Under the pieces are notes generated by a model that was not told the origin of the DNA, ran no database searches, and saw nothing but the letters and a program-made list of their open reading frames with translations. Positions 19,531 through 28,814 of a DNA stretch of 64,000 nucleotides are shown here, one piece after another (the stretch's first letter is position 1; each line of letters starts with the position of its first letter). This DNA is from Sumerlaeia bacterium (GTDB lineage Bacteria; Sumerlaeota; Sumerlaeia; SLMS01; JAHLLQ01): the NCBI GenBank assembly GCA_040219255.1, contig JAVJSW010000046.1, positions 192,209 to 256,208 of the forward strand, in the 5' to 3' direction. The position numbers and the translations under genes were made by a program.

Positions 19531-20262
19531 TTAGCGGGTGCGGGTCGTGGCAAGACCGCCATCGACGCCGAAAACTTGGCCGGTGATCCAAGTGCTTTCG
19601 TTGGAAAGCAGGAACGCGACCATGGGTGCCACGTCCTCGGGTGTGCCGATTCGGCCCAGGGTGTGCATGGCGGTGGACACCTTGAGGCTTTGCTCGTTTT
19701 TGGTGATGCGCTCGGCCAGCGGGGTGTCCACCAGCCCAGGGGCCACGGCGTTGACGCGGATTCCGGAGGCCGCGTAGGTGGCCGCGGCGGAGGCGGCCAT
19801 GGCGGACACGCCGCCCTTGGCGGCGGCGATGGCTTCGTGGTTGGGAATTCCGATGCGGGCGGCGGTGGTGCTCATCAGGACGATCGAGCCTCCGTCCTTG
19901 CGCATGGCCCGGGTGGCGGCGCGCAGGACATAGAACGCGCTCGACAGGTTCAGGGCGAGGGTTTGCTGCCATTCCTCTTCGGTGGTGAGGTGGGCGGGCT
20001 TGAGCAAGATCGAGCCGACGCAATTGCAGGCCGCTTTGACGGGACCGAGTTCCTGGGCCTTGCGGAAGACAGCGTCGACGTCGTCCGGCTTGGTGGCGTC
20101 GGCGATCAAGGCGGTGGCCCCGAGTTCTTCCGCGAGGACGTTCAGCCGTTCCTCGCCCCGGGCGGCAATGACCAGGCGGAAGCCTTGATCCGCCAGGCGG
20201 CGGCAGACTTGGGAGCCGATGCCTCCCGTTCCTCCGAAAATGACAGCAATTGGTTCGCTCAT
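19531..20262 (-). CDS. short-chain dehydrogenase/reductase (SDR)
   Basis: FGGTGGIG, IRVNAVAPGLVDT, WITGQVFGVDGG. Confidence 0.9.
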   Translation of the reverse strand: MSEPIAVIFGGTGGIGSQVCRRLADQGFRLVIAARGEERLNVLAEELGATALIADATKPDDVDAVFRKAQELGPVKAACNCVGSILLKPAHLTTEEEWQQTLALNLSSAFYVLRAATRAMRKDGGSIVLMSTTAARIGIPNHEAIAAAKGGVSAMAASAAATYAASGIRVNAVAPGLVDTPLAERITKNEQSLKVSTAMHTLGRIGTPEDVAPMVAFLLSNESTWITGQVFGVDGGLATTRTR

Positions 20263-20274
20263 GACAATCCTTTC

Positions 20275-20291
20275 TGTCCAGGTTTTGTCGC
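20275..20291 (-). promoter_or_regulatory. putative CarH-type operator site upstream of the SDR operon
   Basis: Minus strand GCGACAAAACCTGGACA gives two ACA-ending half-sites 11 bp apart; shares TGTYCAGGTTTT with 16233. Confidence 0.35.
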
Positions 20292-20352
20292 GTTCAAATC
20301 CGCGAGAGCCTGGACATGGTGTCATGGTAAGCACGGCTCGTTCCCGGGCGGG

Positions 20353-21879
20353 TTATTCCTCTTCGTCGTAGGACCCGGCCTCGAAATCCTCGTCCGGATC
20401 GTCGGACGAGGCGCGCGAGCCCCAGCCGACGAAGACTTCCTCGACGCCGTCCTCCTCCTCCTCCTCGGGGTTGGCTCCGGCCGCTTCGCGCCAGGGCGAG
20501 GCGGCGCTGCCCTTGGCCTTTTCGCGAACCGCCGGATCCCAGCCGCCTTCGATGGACTTCTTCTTGTAGAGGAACTTGATGGGGGTACCTTCGAGGCCGA
20601 GGGTGCGGCGGAACTGGTTCTGGAGGAAACGCTCGTAGCTGAAGTGCATGAGCTTATCGTCGTTGACGAAAAAGGAGAAGGTCGGCGGACCGACAGCGAC
20701 CTGCGTGACGTACTTGATTTTGAGGGGTTTGTTGCGCATGACGGGGGGCGACCGATAGGAAGTGGCTTCGCGCAGAATGCGGTTGAGGACCGAAGTGGGG
20801 AATTTGATGCGGTAGTTCTTCGCGCAGCCGGCGATGATGTCCCAGAGCTTGTAGGCGCGCTGGCCGGTCTTGGCGGAAATCGTGAGGATCGGGGCCCATT
20901 TGAGGTGCTTGAAGTCCTCGCGAGTGCGCTGGATGTACTCGCCGTACTTCTCCTTGTCCTTCACAGCGTCCCACTTGTTGAGGACGATGACGCAGGACTT
21001 CGAGCGTTCCATGATGTAGCCGCTGATGTGGGCGTCTTGGGCGGTGAGGCCCTCGGAGGCGTCGAGAATCAGCAGGGCGACATCGCAGCGGTCGATGGCG
21101 GCCATGGAGGTGTGGACGGTGAGGCCCTCGGCGCCGCTGCCGATCTTGCCGCGGCGGCGGATACCGGCCGTGTCGATGAGGGTGTAGCGCTGGCCGTGAA
21201 CGGTCAGGTCCGTGTCGATGGCATCGTGGGTGGTGCCGGGGATGTCGCTGGCGACCATGCGTTCTTCGCCGAGAAGCCGGTTGACCAGGGTGGATTTTCC
21301 GACGTTCTGGCGCCCGACGATGGCGACGCGGACGGGGCGATTGGCGGGGTCTTCCTGCTTGGCTTCGGGGGTTTCGGGAAGGAACCGACAGATTTCATCG
21401 AGGAGGTCGAGGACGCCTTCGCCATGGAGCGCGCTGACGGGAAAGACGGCGTCGGCGCCATAGGCGGCGAAATCCGAGATGGCCTGGACGACCTTCTTGT
21501 AGCTGTCGGCTTTGTTGACGGCCAGGAAGAAGGGTTTGCCGGAGGTGCGAAGGCGGTTGATGATCTCCAGATCGATGGGGTCGTTCCAGACGGCCTGCTC
21601 GGTGAGGAAGATGATGGCGTCGGCCTGCTCGATGGCGGCCACGGTTTGCTCGCGCATAAGAGCCAGCAAGGGGGAATGGGTCGTGTCCTCGTAGCCGCCG
21701 GTATCGATCAGGACGAAGCGTTTGTTGGCGTATTCGGCGTGGGCGTAATGGCGGTCGCGGGTCATGCCGGGCATCTCGTGGACCAGGGCGATGCGCCGGC
21801 CTACGATGCGATTGAACAGCGTGGACTTGCCGACGTTCGGCCGGCCGACGATAGCGACGATGGGGAGTTTCTTGGACAT
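20353..21879 (-). CDS. der: ribosome biogenesis GTPase Der (EngA)
   Basis: Two G-domains (GRPNVGKS/DTGG and GRQNVGKS/DTAG), KH-like C-domain, acidic tail. Confidence 0.96.
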   Translation of the reverse strand: MSKKLPIVAIVGRPNVGKSTLFNRIVGRRIALVHEMPGMTRDRHYAHAEYANKRFVLIDTGGYEDTTHSPLLALMREQTVAAIEQADAIIFLTEQAVWNDPIDLEIINRLRTSGKPFFLAVNKADSYKKVVQAISDFAAYGADAVFPVSALHGEGVLDLLDEICRFLPETPEAKQEDPANRPVRVAIVGRQNVGKSTLVNRLLGEERMVASDIPGTTHDAIDTDLTVHGQRYTLIDTAGIRRRGKIGSGAEGLTVHTSMAAIDRCDVALLILDASEGLTAQDAHISGYIMERSKSCVIVLNKWDAVKDKEKYGEYIQRTREDFKHLKWAPILTISAKTGQRAYKLWDIIAGCAKNYRIKFPTSVLNRILREATSYRSPPVMRNKPLKIKYVTQVAVGPPTFSFFVNDDKLMHFSYERFLQNQFRRTLGLEGTPIKFLYKKKSIEGGWDPAVREKAKGSAASPWREAAGANPEEEEEDGVEEVFVGWGSRASSDDPDEDFEAGSYDEEE

Positions 21880-21900
21880 GAGAGTTCCGGATTACGAATT

Positions 21901-22035
21901 CACCACAGAGGCACAGAGGGCACAGAGGGTGTTCATGGGAAATTGAAGAGTCAGACGAACGGAGAAACTTCGATCAATGAGATTCTTACGGCCGCGGGGC
22001 ATCAACCTCTCGGTGTTCTCTGTGACTCTGTGGTG
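21901..22035. repeat. inverted-repeat element (ACCACAGAG-type arms) overlapping the lpxB 3' end
   Basis: 21901-21930 vs reverse complement of 22006-22035: 24/30 identical; each arm has internal CACAGAG repeats. Confidence 0.7.
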
Positions 22036-23257
22036 ATTGTTCTTCATCGGGTTCCACGCCACAGACTTCCAGCACGGCTCGCGCGGCGTTTTTGGAGGCG
22101 CCGGGGCCGCCGAGCTTGTTCTTGACGCGAAGCAAATCCGCTTCCATGCGCTCGTAGGCCTCGCGGTCGGTCATGTAATAGTAGGTCTTGTCGGCCAGAT
22201 TTTGGGCCGTGAACTCGTCTTGCAGCAACTCGGGCACGATTCGGTCGCCGGCGACGATGTTGGGCAGGCCGATGTGACCGATGGTGAAGAGGTGCTTGCC
22301 GATGGTCCAGGTCGAGTAGTTGACCCGGTAGACGATCAGCATGGGCCGGCCGAGGATGGCGGCTTCCAGGGTCGAGGTGCCGGACTTGACCCAGGAGAAG
22401 TCGCTGTATTCGCGGACGTGATAGCGGAGGCGGTCGACGACGACAGGGGGATCTTCCAGGTCCATCTTGGCTACGATGGCGTCGATCATTTCCGGGTCGA
22501 TGGTGGAGGCGCGGACGATGACGAATTGGGCGGTGGGGTCCTGCTCGCGGTAGCGCCGGGTGCCTTCGAGCATGATGCTCAGGAACTGGGTGACTTCCTT
22601 CTTCCGGCTGCCGGGAACGAGGGTGATGAGAGGGCGGCTCGGATCGAGGCCGAATTCTTCGAAAATCTCTTCACGGCTTCGTTCGACCTTGATGAGGTCG
22701 AAAAGCGGATGGCCGACATGCTCGACATCCACGTTTTCCTCGCGGTAGAGACCGACTTCGAAAGGGAAGACGACGAGCATCTTGTCCACCAGCTTGGCCA
22801 GTGTGTAGAGGCGGCTTTTGTGCCACGCCCAGATCTGGGGGCTGATGTACCAGATGACGGGGATGCCGAGTTGTTTGGCTTTCTCCGCGATGCGGATGTT
22901 GAAGCCCGGGTAATCGACCAGGATGAGCGCGTCTGGCTGCCATTCGCGGAGGTGATCGACGGTGGCGTAGAACAGCCGGCGGATTTTGCGGATGTTCGCC
23001 AGCACGGCCACAAAGCCGATGATGGCGAGGTCCTTGACGATGTTGCGCTGGAGGACGACGCCAGCCTTCTCCAGGTTCGGACCGCCGAGGCCGCGGGCGT
23101 CGAAGTTGGGGTAGAGCTTGCGGAGAGCCTTGATCAGGTTCGAGCCATGGATATCGCCGGAGTTTTCCCCCGCGATGATGAACAGGCGCAATCGCCGGCC
23201 CGAGGGCGGGTCGTTTTCCACGTCGATTGGGGTGCTGCGGCCGTTCAGGTCGGACAT
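21986..23257 (-). CDS. lpxB: lipid-A-disaccharide synthase
   Basis: IAGENSGDIHG, VDYPGFN, SPQIWAW, VGHPL, PGSR, SGTSTLE, GLPNI. Confidence 0.95.
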   Translation of the reverse strand: MSDLNGRSTPIDVENDPPSGRRLRLFIIAGENSGDIHGSNLIKALRKLYPNFDARGLGGPNLEKAGVVLQRNIVKDLAIIGFVAVLANIRKIRRLFYATVDHLREWQPDALILVDYPGFNIRIAEKAKQLGIPVIWYISPQIWAWHKSRLYTLAKLVDKMLVVFPFEVGLYREENVDVEHVGHPLFDLIKVERSREEIFEEFGLDPSRPLITLVPGSRKKEVTQFLSIMLEGTRRYREQDPTAQFVIVRASTIDPEMIDAIVAKMDLEDPPVVVDRLRYHVREYSDFSWVKSGTSTLEAAILGRPMLIVYRVNYSTWTIGKHLFTIGHIGLPNIVAGDRIVPELLQDEFTAQNLADKTYYYMTDREAYERMEADLLRVKNKLGGPGASKNAARAVLEVCGVEPDEEQSPQSHREHREVDAPRP

Positions 23258-23267
23258 AAGGGGGGGC

Positions 23268-24296
23268 TTACTCGGCGGTGACTTCGTCGATGTGATGGCG
23301 GAGTTTTTCCTCGATCAGAGGGACGCTCTTTTCGCGGATCAACTCGGTGATCTTGATGACGACATCGAGGGCTTCCATGGCCTGCACTCCGGTGGTTTGC
23401 GGGGCGCGGCCTTTTTGGATGCAGGAGACGAAATCCTCCAACTCGAGCTTCAGCGGTTCCTTGCGGCGAACCTTGATGCGCTCGGTTTCGATGAAGTAGC
23501 GGGACTCGCCGGGTTTGGCGGGCCCGTCTTTTTGCAGGCGGCGATGGATTTCCATGGCCTGCTTCTGGTAATCGAGGCTGATGTAGGCGTTTTCCTGATA
23601 GACGCGGAGCTTGCGCATCGGTTTGGGCGTCACGCGGGAGCAGGTGACGTTGGCGATGCAGCCGCTCTTGAACTTGATGCGGGCGTTGGCGATGTCTTCG
23701 CGATCGGTGAGGATGTTCGCGCCGACCGCTTCGATGTCCTCGATTTCCGAGTTCACGATGCGCAGGATGATATCGATGTCGTGGATCATCAGGTCCATCA
23801 CGACGCCGATGTCCTGGACCCGGGGATTGAAGGGCCCGAGGCGGTGGCATTCGATGAAGAGCGGTTCCTTGAGGTACTGCTTGAATTTCTGGACGGCGAC
23901 GTTGAAGTGCTCGATGTGGCCGACTTGCAGGACGACGTTCTTCTCGGTGGCGAGAACGGAGAGTTTGGCGGCTTCCATCACGGTGTTGCAGATGGGTTTT
24001 TCGATAAGGCAGTGAATCCCGGCGTTGAGGAATTCGGTGCCGATATCGTAATGGTAAACCGTGGGGGTGACGATGCTGACGGCCTCCACGTGGCCAATCA
24101 TCTCGCGGTAATTGGTGATGGCTTTGGCGCCATGCTTCTTGGCGATGGTTTCGGCGCGGTCGGCGTCGGAGTCGCAAACGAAGAGCAATTCGGCGTTGGG
24201 GCTTTCGGCCAGGACGCGGGCGTGGTGCTGGCCCAGGTGGCCTACGCCGACCACCCCGATGGGAATCTTTCTCGACGATCCGTTGCTATGCGACAT
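23268..24296 (-). CDS. Gfo/Idh/MocA oxidoreductase (possible GnnA-like UDP-GlcNAc 3-dehydrogenase)
   Basis: GVVGVGHLGQHH, IEKP, VGHIEHFN, DLMIHDID; adjacent to lpxB. Confidence 0.8.
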   Translation of the reverse strand: MSHSNGSSRKIPIGVVGVGHLGQHHARVLAESPNAELLFVCDSDADRAETIAKKHGAKAITNYREMIGHVEAVSIVTPTVYHYDIGTEFLNAGIHCLIEKPICNTVMEAAKLSVLATEKNVVLQVGHIEHFNVAVQKFKQYLKEPLFIECHRLGPFNPRVQDIGVVMDLMIHDIDIILRIVNSEIEDIEAVGANILTDREDIANARIKFKSGCIANVTCSRVTPKPMRKLRVYQENAYISLDYQKQAMEIHRRLQKDGPAKPGESRYFIETERIKVRRKEPLKLELEDFVSCIQKGRAPQTTGVQAMEALDVVIKITELIREKSVPLIEEKLRHHIDEVTAE

Positions 24297-24362
24297 GGTG
24301 AGTTGAGTCTCCGTGGTCCCGCTCCCGGCGCGTGAGCGCTCTCAGCGGTGTGTGGGGCGACG

Positions 24363-25292
24363 CTATCCAAGGCGAAGCATGAACGCAACGACGGTCATGA
24401 CCCACAGGATAACGGTCAGCAAAAGCGGTTTGTCGGTGTAGAGAAGCGTTTCCGGGGCGCCGCCTTCATCGCGCTGGAAAACGAGCCAGAGGTAGCGGAA
24501 GATACCGTAAAGGACGAACGGCAGCGTCAGCACCAGGTAGTACGTATTGCCCGCGCTATGGAGCGCCGGGGCGACGGCTTTCGTGGTTTGGGCGAACTGG
24601 CCCTGGACGGTCCAGAGGCCGTAGCTGAAGACGACGCCGCTGGTGGCAACCATGAGCATCATGTCGAGCAGTTCGCGGGAGTAGTCCTTGAGGACGCGGC
24701 GGTGGCTGCCGGCGTCTTCGCCGAGAGTGACGATTTCGCTGCGCCGTTTGCAGATCGCCAGGAACAGCGCCAGGAAGAGCGTGGTGATCAGGAAATAGGG
24801 GGTGATGACGACCGGCGGGGCGCCTTCGTAGCGGATGACTTCGATGCCCGCCAGAGCGCGGATGACAAAACCCAGCGCCAGGATCAGGATGTCGAGGATC
24901 ACGGCGTGCTTGAAGGTGGTCGAGTAGAGGGTCACCAGCACGAGGTAGCCGAGGGCCAGATAGGCGAACTGGATCGGGAGGAAGAAAAAGCTGACGAAGA
25001 GCGCCGTGGCGCCGAGGATGATTGCGCCAAGACCGGCGGCGGCGGGGCTGATGGCTCCCGAAGCGATGGGGCGGAAACGCTTCTTGGGATGAAGGCGGTC
25101 TTCCTCGCGGTCGAGGATGTCGTTGCAGATATAGACGACGCCGCTGAGGGCGCTGAAGATGGCGAAGCCGAGACAGGCGTTGAGCCAGGAGTGGGGGTCG
25201 TCGATCCGCAGGGCGAAGACGAGCCCGGCGAAGAGGAGGACGTTTTTCACCCACTGCTTCGGCCGCAGAGACTTGAAGAATGCGAATATCAC
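24363..25292 (-). CDS. UbiA-family polyprenyl-phosphate phosphoribosyltransferase
   Basis: LRPKQWVKN, NDILDREEDRLHPKKRFRPIASG, KRRSE, YGIFRY; many TM segments. Confidence 0.88.
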   Translation of the reverse strand: MIFAFFKSLRPKQWVKNVLLFAGLVFALRIDDPHSWLNACLGFAIFSALSGVVYICNDILDREEDRLHPKKRFRPIASGAISPAAAGLGAIILGATALFVSFFFLPIQFAYLALGYLVLVTLYSTTFKHAVILDILILALGFVIRALAGIEVIRYEGAPPVVITPYFLITTLFLALFLAICKRRSEIVTLGEDAGSHRRVLKDYSRELLDMMLMVATSGVVFSYGLWTVQGQFAQTTKAVAPALHSAGNTYYLVLTLPFVLYGIFRYLWLVFQRDEGGAPETLLYTDKPLLLTVILWVMTVVAFMLRLG

Positions 25293-25296
25293 GGGA

Positions 25297-25866
25297 TCAA
25301 TCCACCAGACCCTCGGGGATCTTGACTTCGACCCGGCCATCGGCGATGGCCACACGGGCCACGAATTCCGGGTGGATGGGGAGGTATGTTTCTTTACCCT
25401 TGGCGGCGTTGAGGTCCAAAATCAGGTAATCGTGGGCGGCGCCTTCGCGGGCGTCGGAGACAACGCCGAGGCGTTCGCCGCTGGCGGCATCGACCACGTC
25501 GAGTCCCCGCAGGTCATCGACGAAGAATTCGCCTTCGGGCAGTTCCCAGCGTTCCTCCTCCGGAATCACGAAATCGCAGTTCGTGTATTGCTCGGCGGCG
25601 GTGCGGTCGAGGATTTCCTCGAAGGTGGCGTGGATGACGTCTTTGACGATTTTGGCTTCGAGAAGATGGTATTCTTCGGGGCCGACGCGCCCCTGGCGGC
25701 GGAGAAAAAAGCGGTCGGGGGCGAATTCGAGGAAATCTTCCGGGGTGCGGGTGATGGCCTTCAGGCGCATCGTGCCGCGGAGGCCGTGGGGGCGCAGGAT
25801 ATGAGCCACAACGACCCACTTGTCGTCGTCTTGGGGGCGGCGGCGGCGGGGCGCAGGTTCAGTCAT
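25297..25866 (-). CDS. rimM: 16S rRNA processing protein RimM
   Basis: RPHGLRG, LPEGEFFVDDLRG, PRC barrel; operon context. Confidence 0.9.
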   Translation of the reverse strand: MTEPAPRRRRPQDDDKWVVVAHILRPHGLRGTMRLKAITRTPEDFLEFAPDRFFLRRQGRVGPEEYHLLEAKIVKDVIHATFEEILDRTAAEQYTNCDFVIPEEERWELPEGEFFVDDLRGLDVVDAASGERLGVVSDAREGAAHDYLILDLNAAKGKETYLPIHPEFVARVAIADGRVEVKIPEGLVD

Positions 25867-26162
25867 TCGAGGATTTTGAGGAGCGACGTCTTCTTCTGCT
25901 TGGTGGCGGCGGCGTGCAGAATCTTGCGCAGAGCGGAAGCCGTCTGTCCCCCCTTGCCGATGACCTTGCCTACGTCGCTCTTGTCGACTTTGAGTTCGAT
26001 GATCACGCTGGTTTCCGTCTCAATGGAGTCGACGGAGACGTTCTTGGGATCGTCCACGAGGGCCTTGGCGATGAAATCGATGAGGTCCTTGAGATCGGGA
26101 TCGATGTAGTCCTCGTTCGACGAGGAGGTGTTTGGGGTATCCGACTCTCGTGTTTTCGACAT
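25863..26162 (-). CDS. khpA: KH-domain RNA-binding protein KhpA
   Basis: IAKALVDDP, DVGKVIGKGGQTA; lies between rpsP and rimM. Confidence 0.9.
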   Translation of the reverse strand: MSKTRESDTPNTSSSNEDYIDPDLKDLIDFIAKALVDDPKNVSVDSIETETSVIIELKVDKSDVGKVIGKGGQTASALRKILHAAATKQKKTSLLKILE

Positions 26163-26299
26163 GGTTGCGCGTGCCTTTAGGGGAACTGGTTAAATACAGG
26201 GGCGAGACGTAGGAGGTACGACTAGAGAGGAGCGTTAGCGAAACTTGTGCGATAAGGCGATGGAAAAACGCCTGAGTGTCAAGAATTGATTTGTTGGAC

Positions 26300-26602
26300 T
26301 TAGGCGGTGGCGGCTTTTTGCTCCGCCTTGGCGGCTTTCTTCTGGTCGTCGTAGGTCTTCATGACGCCGGCCTTGCGCAGGATCGAGCGGACCGTGTCGG
26401 TGGGCTGGGCGCCCTGGTGGAGCCAGTAGAGAGCGCGTTCTTCGAAGATTTCGATCTGCTTGGCGGCTTCCGACTGGAGGGGCTGGTAGCGGCCCACGAT
26501 TTCGATGAACTTGCCATCGCGCTTGCGGCGCGAATCCGCCACCACGACGCGGTAGAAGGGGGCTTTGCGGCGGCCGATGCGGGTGAGACGAATCTTAACC
26601 AT
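26300..26602 (-). CDS. rpsP: 30S ribosomal protein S16
   Basis: [33 protein letters not shown]. Confidence 0.97.
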   Translation of the reverse strand: MVKIRLTRIGRRKAPFYRVVVADSRRKRDGKFIEIVGRYQPLQSEAAKQIEIFEERALYWLHQGAQPTDTVRSILRKAGVMKTYDDQKKAAKAEQKAATA

Positions 26603-26695
26603 GGTTCTAGGGGTCCTTGTATCAGGGAGGGGTTTGGAGTCTTAGGGCGCACCCAGGGCGCGCGCCTTGAAAGGTCTTGAGCCGTGAAGAGCACC

Positions 26696-28204
26696 TTACT
26701 TGCGGCGCTTCTTCTTGTTCTTCTTCTTGGTCATCGAGGCCGGGCGGGCGGTCCGCTCCTGGGCCTTCATCATGCGCTTATACTTCTTGATGTCGCGGGG
26801 ATTGGGTTCGGCGCCGGGGGGCATGCCGCCCATCAACTGGGACGGGTCGGGCATTCCGCCGCCGCCAAACATCCCCTTGGCTTTGTCCAGCATGCCAGCG
26901 CCCATCATCTGCTGCATCGCGCCGCGCATCTGCTCGAACTGTTTCACCAGGTTGTTCACATCGACCAGTTGGTGTCCGCTGCCCTTGGCGATGCGCTGGC
27001 GGCGGGTGCCTTCATTACGGACGAGTTCAGGGTTGCTGCGCTCCTGCTCAGTCATCGACAGGATCATCGCCTCGACCCTCTTGAGGTTGTTGGTCAGGTC
27101 CTCGTTGTCGACATTCTTGAGCGCGTTCCCCATGCCAGGCAGCATGCCGAGGAGTCCCTTGAGGGAGCCCATGCGGCGGATCATTTTCATCTGGCCGAGG
27201 AAGTCGTCGTAGCTGAATTTGCCACTACCCATCTTTTCCTGCATGGACAAGGCGTCTTCTTCGCTGAACGCCTCCTGGGCCTTTTCCACCAGACTGACGA
27301 CATCGCCCATGCCGAGGATGCGCTGGGCGGCGCGATCAGGGTGGAAGAGTTCGAGGTCCGAGGACTTCTCACCCACACCGACGAAAACGATCGGCTTGCC
27401 GGTGACGGCTTTGATGGAGAGCGCCGCGCCGCCGCGGGCGTCGCCGTCGAGCTTGGTGAGGCAAACGCCGTCGATGCCGACTTCCTCGTTGAAGCCCTTG
27501 GCGCTGTTGACGGCGTCCTGGCCGGTCATGGCGTCGGCGACGAGGAAGGTGTAGTCGGGGCGGACGGTCTGCTTGATGGCGGTCAATTCGTCCATCTTGA
27601 CTTCGTCGATTTGCAGGCGGCCGGCGGTGTCGATGATGAGCGAGTCGAGACCGTTGGCGTCGGCGTATTTTTCGGCGGCGGCGATGATTTCGAGGACGGG
27701 TTTATCGGTGCCGAGTTCGAAGACCGGAATGTTCAGGGCGCCGCCGACCTGCTTGATTTGTTCGACGGCGGCGGGGCGGTAGACGTCGCAGGCGACCAGA
27801 AGCGGCTTGCACTTCTTCTCGCGCAGGTGGTTCGCCAGCTTGCCGGAGAAAGTCGTCTTGCCCGAACCCTGGAGGCCGAGCAGCAGGATGCGGTTGCGCT
27901 TTCCGGGCTGGACGACGAATTCGACGTCCGTGTCCGGGTCTCCAGTCATGACGCGGACGAGTTCCTTGTGGACGATGGAGAAAAGCTGCTGGGCCGGGTT
28001 AACGCCCTTGACGATGTCTTCGCCGATGGCGCGTTCGCGGACGCGGCTCACGAAGTCTTTGACGACGAGGTAATTGACGTCGGCTTCCAGGAGCGCGAGG
28101 CGGACCTCGCGCATCGCGTCCTTGATGTTGTCCTCCGTCAGGGTTTTCTGACCCCGGAGTTTACGGAAAACGCCCTCGAATTTTTCGCCTAGGGATTCGA
28201 ACAA
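26696..28204 (-). CDS. ffh: signal recognition particle protein Ffh
   Basis: ALLEADV, GLQGSGKTT, DTAGR, TKLDGDARGGAALS, M-domain. Confidence 0.97.
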   Translation of the reverse strand: MFESLGEKFEGVFRKLRGQKTLTEDNIKDAMREVRLALLEADVNYLVVKDFVSRVRERAIGEDIVKGVNPAQQLFSIVHKELVRVMTGDPDTDVEFVVQPGKRNRILLLGLQGSGKTTFSGKLANHLREKKCKPLLVACDVYRPAAVEQIKQVGGALNIPVFELGTDKPVLEIIAAAEKYADANGLDSLIIDTAGRLQIDEVKMDELTAIKQTVRPDYTFLVADAMTGQDAVNSAKGFNEEVGIDGVCLTKLDGDARGGAALSIKAVTGKPIVFVGVGEKSSDLELFHPDRAAQRILGMGDVVSLVEKAQEAFSEEDALSMQEKMGSGKFSYDDFLGQMKMIRRMGSLKGLLGMLPGMGNALKNVDNEDLTNNLKRVEAMILSMTEQERSNPELVRNEGTRRQRIAKGSGHQLVDVNNLVKQFEQMRGAMQQMMGAGMLDKAKGMFGGGGMPDPSQLMGGMPPGAEPNPRDIKKYKRMMKAQERTARPASMTKKKNKKKRRK

Positions 28205-28222
28205 AGCCTACGGTTCCTCTTC

Positions 28223-28636
28223 TTAAACGTCGTCCTCGGTGCGATGAGCCACGCTGGGTGGCGTAGCGGTGTCTTCGATTTTCTGAGCGATGGCGTGGAG
28301 TCGTTGCGCGATGGCGGGAATCTGGCCCGCGAGTTCATGCAGTTCGCCCGAAAGTTCCATCAGGGTCTGTTGCCGTTCGAGAAGGCCGAGCTTCTCGTCA
28401 TAATTTTCCAGCGCCGCCGTCGCCTGCTTGACCGAGTCGTGGACCGCCTGACGGGAGACCTGCAGCACGCGAGCGATTTCGCCAAAGGATTCGTCGTCCT
28501 CGAAATGCCGGGAGAGCGAGCTGAACTGGCGCTCGGTCAGGAGATTGCCGTAGATGTCGGCCAACTGGGAAATGCGAACGATTTCCTGGAGCTTTCTTCC
28601 GCGGCTGTTGTCCGAATCCGTTTTCGACTGCGTCAT
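28223..28636 (-). CDS. ylxM: YlxM-like DNA-binding protein
   Basis: DIYGNLLTERQ...SFGEIA...VSRQAVHD...LENYDEKLGL; directly upstream of ffh. Confidence 0.85.
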   Translation of the reverse strand: MTQSKTDSDNSRGRKLQEIVRISQLADIYGNLLTERQFSSLSRHFEDDESFGEIARVLQVSRQAVHDSVKQATAALENYDEKLGLLERQQTLMELSGELHELAGQIPAIAQRLHAIAQKIEDTATPPSVAHRTEDDV

Positions 28637-28814
28637 GTGGCGTTGTCCCGCGGACCTGCGCGCGGCGCGCGATTTGTTCCCGCCGGTGGAAAGGTCTCCG
28701 CCGGAAGGAGCGGGAGGTTAGTGCAGCCGGGGGAGGGCTTGTCAAGTGGCAGTGGTTGGCACGGGTGATTTTATTTTCTCCCGCCTGCGGGGAGCGCGCG
28801 GGACGCGGTTCGGC

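Noticed and set aside
21901-21930. Possible CRISPR or tandem array
   Set aside because: Only 2-3 short CACAGAG units with no spacers and no cas genes; no CRISPR array was seen anywhere in the window.
28681-28720. CCGGAAGGAGC upstream of ylxM-ffh resembling the SRP RNA tetraloop
   Set aside because: It lacks the CAGG...GGAA...AGCAG symmetric loop and long helix, and it overlaps the probable promoter region of the operon.
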